NCBI GenBank assembly: GCA_964342815.1
Contig: CAYFHS010000010.1
Coordinates: forward strand, 32,001 to 96,000
Length of the DNA: 64,000 nt
Source: an uncultured archaeon
GTDB taxonomy: Archaea > Thermoplasmatota > Penumbrarchaeia > JASLWR01
Direction: 5' to 3'
The position numbers were made by a program, and so were the translations under genes. Positions 10,101-17,029 of the stretch are shown here, piece by piece (the first letter of the stretch is position 1; each line of letters starts with the position of its first letter). Under the pieces are notes generated by a model that was not told where the DNA came from, made no database searches, and worked only from the letters and a program-made list of their open reading frames with translations.

Positions 10101-11350
10101 TGGTAAGCACCGATAAGTATATCGTCAAACCCGTCACCGTCCACGTCCCCTGCACCTGCCACAGAAAAACCTGCCCAATCGTTTAAATCCTCTCCCAGAA
10201 AGGATGCGTTTGCGTTGGACAGATCAGCATCCATGGCCCAACCGGCGGGTTTGCCGAATATCAGATAGATCTGACCTGCCTGAGAACCCCCGTCCTCATC
10301 CTTGTAGGCTCCGATAAGAATATCATCGTATCCGTCTCCATTCACATCCCCGGCACCCGACACCGAATTTCCCGAGTAGTCACTTGAATCCTCGCCGATG
10401 AAAGACGCTGATGCGTTCGTCAGTTCAAAATTCATGGTCCAGCCGGATGCTTTTCCAAGAATGAGGTATGTCTGGCCCGCATTGGAACCGCCGTCCTCAT
10501 CACCCAGAGCCCCGATTAGAAAATCATCGAATCCGTCAGCGTTCACGTCGCCGGCCCCCGCCACCGAATAACCGGCCTGGTCGCCTGCATCCTCGCCGAT
10601 GAATGATGCGGAGGCATTGGTGAGATTGACATCCATGGACCAGCCGCTATCGTTGCCGAATATGAGGTAGGTCTGTCCCGACCAGTAACCTCCCTCGTCA
10701 TCGTGATGCGCTCCCACGAGTATATCGTCGTATCCGTCTCCGTTGACGTCACCGGCCCCGGAAACTGAATATCCCGAATTGTCATCCTCATCTTCTCCGA
10801 TGAACGATGCATCGGCGTTGGAAACTTCGAAGTCCATTGTCCACCCGTCGGCTTTACCCAGTATGAGATATGTCTGACCGCAATCGGTTCCCGCGTGGTT
10901 ATTCAAATACCCTCCAAGTAGAATATCATCGAATCCGTCACCGTTCACATCCCCCGCTCCAGCCACGGAAGCTCCCACAAAGTCGACATTATCTTCTCCA
11001 ATGAATGATGCATCGGCGTTCAAAAGATCAAAATCCGCGTACCATCCGGCTTCACTGCCAAATATGAGGTAGGTCTGGCCTGTACGGTCGCCACCCTCGT
11101 CATTGCCTTTCGCACCGATCAATATGTCGTCGAACCCGTCACCGTTCACATCCCCGGCTCCCGCCACGGAGAACCCTGACCAATCGCTGGAGGATTCTCC
11201 CACGAACGAAGCATGTGAATTAGCAAGATTGAAATTCATCCGTAACTCGGAAGAGGGCTGCGCTGCAGGCATGAACATGATCATACCTGTAAAACTTACT
11301 CCTAAAAGTATGAAAACCATAAGAAAAGGACCGATTGTTTTTGTAGCCAT
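7133..11350 (-). CDS. Secreted/surface FG-GAP repeat protein, N-terminal part (2 x 7 FG-GAP blades, Fn3-like and TSP3-like DxDxDG repeats); ends at an in-frame TAG
   Basis: N-terminal hydrophobic signal; 14 copies of G-x-S-V-A-G-A-G-D-V-N-G-D-G-[FY]-D-D-I-L-I-G-A in two groups of 7, separated by an Fn3-like segment and DxDGDG repeats. Confidence 0.9.
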   Translation of the reverse strand: MATKTIGPFLMVFILLGVSFTGMIMFMPAAQPSSELRMNFNLANSHASFVGESSSDWSGFSVAGAGDVNGDGFDDILIGAKGNDEGGDRTGQTYLIFGSEAGWYADFDLLNADASFIGEDNVDFVGASVAGAGDVNGDGFDDILLGGYLNNHAGTDCGQTYLILGKADGWTMDFEVSNADASFIGEDEDDNSGYSVSGAGDVNGDGYDDILVGAHHDDEGGYWSGQTYLIFGNDSGWSMDVNLTNASASFIGEDAGDQAGYSVAGAGDVNADGFDDFLIGALGDEDGGSNAGQTYLILGKASGWTMNFELTNASASFIGEDSSDYSGNSVSGAGDVNGDGYDDILIGAYKDEDGGSQAGQIYLIFGKPAGWAMDADLSNANASFLGEDLNDWAGFSVAGAGDVDGDGFDDILIGAYQDEEAGSDAGQTYLVYGKESGWSMDVELANASASFLGEDSDDRSGYSVAGAGDVNGDGYDDILIGADRDEEGGSQAGQTYLIFPGSRPPKPRGLSGKLTNDGNSIELSWKPPVYWNRPIIGYQVYRSLDGTNYNTLAFVSGNIVDYEDNDIELGQKYFYGLAAMDGDSDLSPMTSTISFYYEYDTDGDGIGDSIDSDIDGDGIQNIYDAHPDMQDEEMWSRRDVDLGDFGTGFIGEDAGDWAGYCVAGAGDVNGDGYDDILIGAYKDEDGGAEAGQTYLFLGNSSGWSGNTIISNADASWWGESAYDYSGYSVAGAGDVNGDGYDDILIGAYGDDDGGALAGQTYLILGKGSGWEMDADLSDADASFIGEGGGDNAGRRVAGAGDVNNDGYDDILIGSYWNSGGGGTAGQTYLIFGKSAGWEMDVALANVDASFLGENGLDYSGGAIAGTGDVNGDGFDDILIGASGNDEGGNSAGQTYLIFGSSSGWIMDFELTNASASFIGEAADDTAGYSVSGAGDVDGDGYDDILIGAKGNDDGGVGSGQAYLIFGKTSGWVMDFNLTNASASFIGEDTNDLAGDSVSGAGDVNGDGYADILIGAYGDDDGGSSAGHSYLVFGKPSGWTANFELSNASASFIGEDASDFSGRSVSGAGDVNGDGYDDILIGAYGDDDGGGEAGHTYLINRSYLPRISELSLNLTSTDPGINLFWPSSYGSPFFTGIYRGLAPSSLSRLINVTGMNYTDLDITAGVTYYYSVVNVCPLGGESLLSPIEAMVADSDLDGDGIGNLVDSDDDGDGVPDGEDYFPLNASEWLDSDLDGIGNNADGDDDNDGISDGTDPYPFSNINDMNSEFGNITDSLTSINNTVNDVQNRIINIQSNLSYMNTSIVNIKADLGYLNSTIPSSLNNLTSQLSGVNVTLSRRMDNIENNLTGIDTNLMAELARINSSLAEEIRSRVSNITNDMSGLNFTFTEKFTNLSSNISTEHNALRN

Positions 11351-11437
11351 ATGTGTTCACCTCTAGTTATATTGAGTATCATTTGCGTGCTGGTACTATC
11401 TATGAAAATCTAAGATGGCCCCCCTTCTATAAAATAT

Positions 11438-11887
11438 TTGGGAATTGTTTATCACATCACTTTATCGGTAATTTCTGCTGATTTTGAGTATATCTCCTGT
11501 AAACACCTATTTATACAATCCAATACTATATATCTTTACATGACATCTGGAATTATGCCAACCGATAACGACGAAAGTCAGCTGGAGATATTGCGCGACG
11601 CGGTGCGGTCATGGGGGCAGAATCTGGACTGTTACGACAACTTCAGTGGTGGTGATATCGCTTGGGAGGCGGCTTGCCGGGACCACCAGCAAATCATCGA
11701 GGCTTTCCACGCCTTGTCACCAGCGTTTCACCGATGTCACCCTGAGATTAAAAATGCCTTTGGGGCCATCGAAAACAGTCCCATGGGCGAGGTTATCGAC
11801 CATTTCTCTGTGGCTGTTCGAAAGGTCGCTCGGGAACGATTGGGAGACCACAAAATGGAGAGTACCCCCCGGATCATGGAAAAATAA
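11438..11887 (+). CDS. Hypothetical protein (likely start ATG 11540 or 11555)
   Basis: Open frame with normal composition from 11540; the 5' part of the called ORF is AT-rich and promoter-like. No family recognised. Confidence 0.45.
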   Translation: MGIVYHITLSVISADFEYISCKHLFIQSNTIYLYMTSGIMPTDNDESQLEILRDAVRSWGQNLDCYDNFSGGDIAWEAACRDHQQIIEAFHALSPAFHRCHPEIKNAFGAIENSPMGEVIDHFSVAVRKVARERLGDHKMESTPRIMEK

Positions 11888-12042
11888 TCTAATTTCATAT
11901 TGTGGAAGTTCGCATATTAGACAATATTGAATGGATTGAAATGAGGTTGGTCCCAAATTCCATTTGATACGATAATTATAAATTTGAAAACTGTAAATTA
12001 CAATCTCGAAGGGTTTGAGGAGAATATTTATGAAAGCATATC

Positions 12043-12810
12043 CTAATCAGTCTCTTCTACTGTCTTCTCCTTCTCTCTCTGGTCTGCAACCTGTTCCTCT
12101 TGATCTCCCTTGTCAACTGGCATTTCCACTTCCGTCTTCTGTGATTCATCAGTCACTAGCTCGCCTTCTTCCTCCTGCAACGCTTCGTCTGTCGGGGGGA
12201 GTTCGTCCCCCCCGGGTTCACATTCCTTTTTCACAGGTTTGTTTTCACCAACTTCAGGATTGTTTTCCGCCTCTGCCTGTTGGCTTCCTTCTCCCCTCGG
12301 GATTTCTTCATCCTTCATTCCCATTTTTTCCCGGAGCCAATTCTTTATACCCTCCCTGGTCGAAGTCCCTATGCCAAAATATTCAGGGAATTTCGATGAA
12401 GTTGTGAGTATCTTAGTTTGACCGCTTCGCTTCCGGTGGATCAACTCAAGCTTCTTAAGCTTCTTGACCTCGTTGTATATCCGCGTCCCCATCAGGTGTA
12501 CCATGGTACTCTGTTTTACCGGTTGGTGATAGGCTATATAGGCCAGAGTCTTCAAAAGTTTGGGAGGTATCTTCGTCCTTACGAATCGGCTGGTATTACC
12601 TATATATTCCCTTTTTACCTGCAGGCAGTATTTGCTGCCCACCTTTGCCACTTCGAGAGCGGTATTCCTCTTGCCGTACAGTCCTTTGAGCTTTTTGATA
12701 TATTTTCGCACGGTCTGCGGCTCCAGCTTCAGTGCTTCTCCCAATTCCTGCAGAGAAAACGGTCTGCCCGATGAGAACAATAAGGCTTCCACGAGAAGTA
12801 TCTCATCCAC
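12043..12810 (-). CDS. scpB: Segregation and condensation protein B with an acidic C-terminal extension
   Basis: VEALLFSSGRP, LKTLAYIAYHQPVKQS, TTSKFPEYFG motifs. Confidence 0.92.
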   Translation of the reverse strand: MDEILLVEALLFSSGRPFSLQELGEALKLEPQTVRKYIKKLKGLYGKRNTALEVAKVGSKYCLQVKREYIGNTSRFVRTKIPPKLLKTLAYIAYHQPVKQSTMVHLMGTRIYNEVKKLKKLELIHRKRSGQTKILTTSSKFPEYFGIGTSTREGIKNWLREKMGMKDEEIPRGEGSQQAEAENNPEVGENKPVKKECEPGGDELPPTDEALQEEEGELVTDESQKTEVEMPVDKGDQEEQVADQREKEKTVEETD

Positions 12811-12821
12811 CTTTCTTCACC

Positions 12822-13814
12822 CTAATTGCTGTGTTTGCGCATCAAGTTACGTACGTAGATATCCCCGTAAGGGAAGTTCTTCTGCCATAGTGATATCTTT
12901 TTTCTGTGCGCGAGATGAACCGTTGATATCAGCGTGGTAATGACGTCCATCCGGTCGTGGTAATCGCATAGTTTCGTAAGACGTATGGGGGAACCGTTAT
13001 ACTGATTTATCTTAGCCCAAACGATGGCCATATCCTCTTCAATATTGTCCTTGTGCGAGTTTTCGAAAACGTTTATTTCTGATTCGGCCTTTTTATTTTC
13101 TTCTCTAAGCCTTAGGCGGTTGTCCTCAATGATCTTTCTCACCGCGGCTTCCTTTTCCGCATCGGCCAGTGCCTCAACAATGTCCAGCAGTGTGGCTGTC
13201 CGGCTGGCATCCCTCCATACCATCTCCGTTATTGGGGCTTCATCTCTTGGCGCCAACGCATTATCGAACCTGTCATCGAGACCGTCATAGGGGTATTCGG
13301 CGTCCCCGTACATGGGATTGTCCATTTCCTCTTCCTGGGACTTTATGGCTTCCTCAAGTATTATCTCGCTCTTTTCTGCGAGAACGCCCCAGGCCATGAA
13401 CACCACCTTCCCGATGGTTATAAGATTGATATCCTTTTCACGCTCAAGCCGGGCGATATATTCTCTGCCGAAGGAGATCAGGTCGATGTTCCACGGATCG
13501 ATCTTGCGGGAGAATACAAGCTCGAAAACTATGGCCACCATTTTTTCAAAATTTCCCGTCATTGAGACGTGATACCCTTTCGAAAGATCCCGAACCATAT
13601 CCAGGTAATAATTTACCCGTTTACCGTCATCATCGAAAGATATTATAGACTTTTCATACATAAGATATGCCAAAATTCGCTCAAAACCCTTTGGGTCATC
13701 TTGAATGACCTTGAAGGCTTGCCCGCTGCACAGATTTCCGTTCAGGTCCATGGACTTCTCACCTACGTGTTCACCTTTCTCTCCCTGACTTGATAAGGTG
13801 AAGCGCAGAATCAC
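12822..13814 (-). CDS. scpA: Segregation and condensation protein A (kleisin); probable start ATG 13751
   Basis: IDPWNIDL motif, C-terminal winged helix (LISTVHLAHRKKISLWQKNFPYGDIYV); adjacent to scpB; GGTGA SD 7 nt before ATG 13751. Confidence 0.82.
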   Translation of the reverse strand: MILRFTLSSQGEKGEHVGEKSMDLNGNLCSGQAFKVIQDDPKGFERILAYLMYEKSIISFDDDGKRVNYYLDMVRDLSKGYHVSMTGNFEKMVAIVFELVFSRKIDPWNIDLISFGREYIARLEREKDINLITIGKVVFMAWGVLAEKSEIILEEAIKSQEEEMDNPMYGDAEYPYDGLDDRFDNALAPRDEAPITEMVWRDASRTATLLDIVEALADAEKEAAVRKIIEDNRLRLREENKKAESEINVFENSHKDNIEEDMAIVWAKINQYNGSPIRLTKLCDYHDRMDVITTLISTVHLAHRKKISLWQKNFPYGDIYVRNLMRKHSN

Positions 13815-14151
13815 TTTTCGTCTACGACTTCATGCGGACCCTGGCTGGTGGGCTCTATGAAATTGGTTTTAAGTATTATATAAATCTTTTGAAGAAATCG
13901 CGCCTCCATATAAAAAAGTAGGCTATCTCGTAACTTTAAATAATCATCTATGTTTTATCCAATATCTTGACCTATTCCGTAGTCTTAGGGGGGATTCCAA
14001 GAGTACAAGTCCGAAGTTGTTATAGGTTTCTCTCTATTGAATTAAGTACTAAGTATTATATATTGATAAGCCGTATTTATAGATAGGTTGACAGAAAGAC
14101 ATGTAGGTAGATCGAATCTTTAAAAAAAGTTCTACTGAAGGTAGTACCAAC

Positions 14152-14259
14152 ATGACCGAAGAAGAGTATGACCGGTTTTTAGATAGTTACGGACTATCTC
14201 CATTGGAAAAGGCTGCTTTTAAGCAGTTGCGAGGTATTTCTACGGGATTACCTGACTGA
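14152..14259 (+). CDS. Possible 35-aa small protein MTEEEYDRFLDSYGLSPLEKAAFKQLRGISTGLPD, overlapping the 3' end of the Fic-like gene on the opposite strand
   Basis: ATG 14152 to TGA 14257-59, GAAGGT upstream and TTTATA further upstream; amphipathic helical pattern. Below the ORF-track size cut-off. Confidence 0.3.
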   Translation: MTEEEYDRFLDSYGLSPLEKAAFKQLRGISTGLPD

Positions 14260-14747
14260 ATTAGTTTGTCAAAGTATTCTCTCGTCATTGCTAAATGTTC
14301 TCCTAAACAATTTTCCATGAACCATTCTTTATCTTTTTTGTCTACATTTCTTATTTGTTTCAATAAACTCCTTTCAGAGAGTATGGCATGTTTTGATTCT
14401 TCGGAGAACCTATTGTAATTCCATTTCTGATCATCATACTCGTGCAGATATACATCATTTGAAAGTAGATACACTCTAGTGAACACAATGGTTGTACGAT
14501 GATTCAAGTTTGGTAGAGCTTGTAGGGAAATCAATTTACTAAGTAGTTCAATTGCGATTTCTTTGATCGTTTTGTCATCTTCTTGGAAATTATTAAAGAA
14601 TTCTTCGATTCCTTTTTTATCAATATCCTCTCGATACTCCTTAGGATAATTGCCAGTTTGACGTTTGACTTCCTCACGTAGAATACTGTAGTATTGGATG
14701 TACTTTTTTGTCAGGAGTTTGCTTGTAGAAGAGTCCATTTCAGTCAT
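14187..14747 (-). CDS. Fic/Doc-family protein with a divergent motif
   Basis: LQALPNLNHRTT resembles the Fic motif HxFxDGNGR; all-helical pattern; visibly AT-richer than its neighbours. Confidence 0.68.
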   Translation of the reverse strand: MTEMDSSTSKLLTKKYIQYYSILREEVKRQTGNYPKEYREDIDKKGIEEFFNNFQEDDKTIKEIAIELLSKLISLQALPNLNHRTTIVFTRVYLLSNDVYLHEYDDQKWNYNRFSEESKHAILSERSLLKQIRNVDKKDKEWFMENCLGEHLAMTREYFDKLIQSGNPVEIPRNCLKAAFSNGDSP

Positions 14748-15045
14748 TCCAGATAGGCGATTTGGGTTAAATCTTTTGCCATCCTTTTAGTATTCTCAAT
14801 ATAATGCTCGACTAAAATCAATTTACCTCATATGCCTGATCCCGTAACTTCTCACAAAGTATTCCCAAACCTTTTACAAGGTAGCTTGACTATCTTGTAA
14901 GATGCCGGTATCTGGGATGGGTTAGATGGGGTATATGAAATTGTTAATAATATCGTCTATTTATATGTTTTCCTCTTCCAGGAAACCTTTATATATAATA
15001 GTAAAAAAAATTCTCAAAAAAGTAGCCTGAATATCCATAACACTC

Positions 15046-15113
15046 CGAAAAGTTTATTAACACTATCTCAAATGCAATTTTCAATATAGAGTACAGATTA
15101 AAAAAAAAGGAGG
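15046..15113 (+). promoter_or_regulatory. BRE-TATA promoter (CGAAAAG TTTATTAA, 15046-15060) and GGAGG SD (15109-15113) of the sheath gene
   Basis: Matches the archaeal BRE/TATA consensus; SD is 7 nt upstream of ATG 15121. Confidence 0.6.
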
Positions 15114-15120
15114 AAACAAA

Positions 15121-16551
15121 ATGACACTCATATTACCAGGCGTGGAAATCCAGGTCGTGAAAGAAATTGTCGTGGGACAATTGAATCCCGCAGGCATCTT
15201 TGGATTGATCGGGATCACAGAAGACAATATTGATGGTACGCCAAAGCCGCTGGAGAGGGCCAGTTCGTACAAGGCATTGAAAGACTTCTTCGGCAAGGCA
15301 ATCGACTTTACAATACCGGAGGCGAAACAGGCATTCCAGAACGGTATCTCCGATGTTGTGGTATCTCCGGTGCACAGTTCGACCGCAAAGGCAGCCAAAC
15401 TCGATCTGAACGATGAAAAGGGCAGTAAAATTGCAGTGATAACTGCCAGGGCCAGGGGTATCTGGGGCAACAAGATCGCGGCCAAGGTGAAGGGAAAGAT
15501 GGACGATGAGGGGACGATGAATATGTTTTCCCTTGCCGTTACATACGGAAACGCGTCGGAGTTCTTCGACAACCTGAGAGTGAACCCGGGAGATGATCGG
15601 TTCTTTGCAGATATTATCAACGCCCGATCGGATATAATTCAGCTGAAACCCGTTATCCAGAAGGGGGGTGCTAAGGGAAAGGATGCAAAACCGGCGGCAG
15701 TCTCAATTCCAGCGGACATCGAAGCGACATTGGCAGGGGCCAAGGATCCGACGCCTGCTGATTACGAGAACGCTTTATCGAAACTGGAGAGCGAAGATGA
15801 CGTGGATATAGTGGCAGCATCCATTCACAACTGGGATGACAAGACCCTACCGAAAAAGGTTTACGCTGCCATAGAGGCACACTGCTCCATGATGAGCGTG
15901 AACTGTTTCAACCGAATTGGTTTCGGTGAGGCGGCGCCATCAAAGAACTTCCCATCGGAAAAGGATGAAGTGGACCATATCTGCAAGCAGACGAACACGC
16001 TCTCTAGCGACCGTTTCGTGTACATTGCGCCTCATGGTGCTCTGGGGGCGGTAGTAGGTCTCGTGGGAAACCTGAACTACTATGAATCACCCACTTTCAA
16101 AACGCTCAGCGGCATAACCGGGCTGGAACGAAAATATTCGCCGTCATCGCTGAAAAAGCTCTTGACCTCACATATTCTGCCGCTGGAAGTGAAAAAGGGT
16201 CGGGGAATAATTGTTGAGAAGGGGATCGCCACTTCCGCTGAACAGATTTCCGTGCAGAGAGTGGCGGACCGCTCCGTGAGAGGGACTAAAATGATTGGCG
16301 ACCTCTTTATTGGGACTCTCAACAACATGACCGGGAGGGCGGCATTGAAGGAGAAGATCACCGAGTTCTTCATACAGATGGAAAAGGACGGGGGGATAGT
16401 GCCCAGCGCGGACGGCTCGGACCCGGCCTACAAGGTTGATGTGTACGCCACCGATGACGACATCTCCAAGGGAATAGTCAGGGTGGATATCGCCGTGCGG
16501 CCTGTAAGGGCTATCGATTACATATACGGAACAATACTCGTAAGGGCATGA
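15121..16551 (+). CDS. Contractile phage-tail sheath family protein (solitary)
   Basis: N-terminal LPGVEIQVVKE, NLRVNPGDDRFFADIIN, AHCSMMS...NRIG, and C-terminal DDDISKGIVRVDIAVRPVRAIDYIYGTI, all typical of sheath proteins. Confidence 0.88.
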   Translation: MTLILPGVEIQVVKEIVVGQLNPAGIFGLIGITEDNIDGTPKPLERASSYKALKDFFGKAIDFTIPEAKQAFQNGISDVVVSPVHSSTAKAAKLDLNDEKGSKIAVITARARGIWGNKIAAKVKGKMDDEGTMNMFSLAVTYGNASEFFDNLRVNPGDDRFFADIINARSDIIQLKPVIQKGGAKGKDAKPAAVSIPADIEATLAGAKDPTPADYENALSKLESEDDVDIVAASIHNWDDKTLPKKVYAAIEAHCSMMSVNCFNRIGFGEAAPSKNFPSEKDEVDHICKQTNTLSSDRFVYIAPHGALGAVVGLVGNLNYYESPTFKTLSGITGLERKYSPSSLKKLLTSHILPLEVKKGRGIIVEKGIATSAEQISVQRVADRSVRGTKMIGDLFIGTLNNMTGRAALKEKITEFFIQMEKDGGIVPSADGSDPAYKVDVYATDDDISKGIVRVDIAVRPVRAIDYIYGTILVRA

Positions 16552-16570
16552 ACCTGATTCGTTCTCGCCC

Positions 16571-16588
16571 TTTGTTTTCTTTTCTTTC
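16571..16588 (+). terminator. Putative oligo-T terminator after the sheath gene
   Basis: TTTGTTTTCTTTTCTTTC 20 nt after the stop codon. Confidence 0.4.
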
Positions 16589-16654
16589 AGCAATTATTTT
16601 ATATTAGATTCAGCGATATCTATCTCTGCGAGTTGCGACACCGCGAACATTATG

Positions 16655-16688
16655 AAAAGAGCGATTTCCAATCGAATTTCGCTCTTTT
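16655..16688. repeat. Perfect 10-bp inverted repeat AAAAGAGCGA / TCGCTCTTTT with a 14-nt spacer
   Basis: Read directly; 50 nt upstream of the SNase-like gene. Confidence 0.55.
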
Positions 16689-16737
16689 AACAATATTTTC
16701 AAATATGTAAAATAGGAGCGAGACAGAGGATATATTC

Positions 16738-17016
16738 ATGACCGACTACATCGGGGGAAAAGTAACCAAAGTGATCGATGGTATCACCTTTGAAATGGCT
16801 GTCGATTTCAGAGGTGATCAAAATCAGGATGTTTTTCTCGACAAGGAAATGGTGCGTTTGGCGAGTTTTAAACAATCCGGTCTCGGGAAGAGTGGGGGTC
16901 GGAGCAGTATCACCGAACTGAGAAAAAAGATTTGGAACCGTCACATCACCCTGATAGTGGTGGGAAGGGATGATGACGACCGCGTTATAGCATACATCTC
17001 TCCGGCCTCGGCCTAG
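16738..17016 (+). CDS. Short thermonuclease (SNase) OB-fold-like protein, catalytic residues degenerate
   Basis: GKVTKVIDGITF (cf. V..V.DGDT), VRL, and DDDDRVIAYI (cf. DKYGRLLAYV). Confidence 0.6.
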   Translation: MTDYIGGKVTKVIDGITFEMAVDFRGDQNQDVFLDKEMVRLASFKQSGLGKSGGRSSITELRKKIWNRHITLIVVGRDDDDRVIAYISPASA

Positions 17017-17029
17017 ACAAAATTGTTTT

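Noticed and set aside
7800-11200. Regularly spaced DNA repeats resembling a CRISPR array
   Set aside because: They are degenerate codons of the FG-GAP protein repeats within an open frame; no cas genes.
14187-17016. Integrated provirus around the sheath gene
   Set aside because: No integrase, capsid, terminase, portal, tRNA target or att repeats were recognised.
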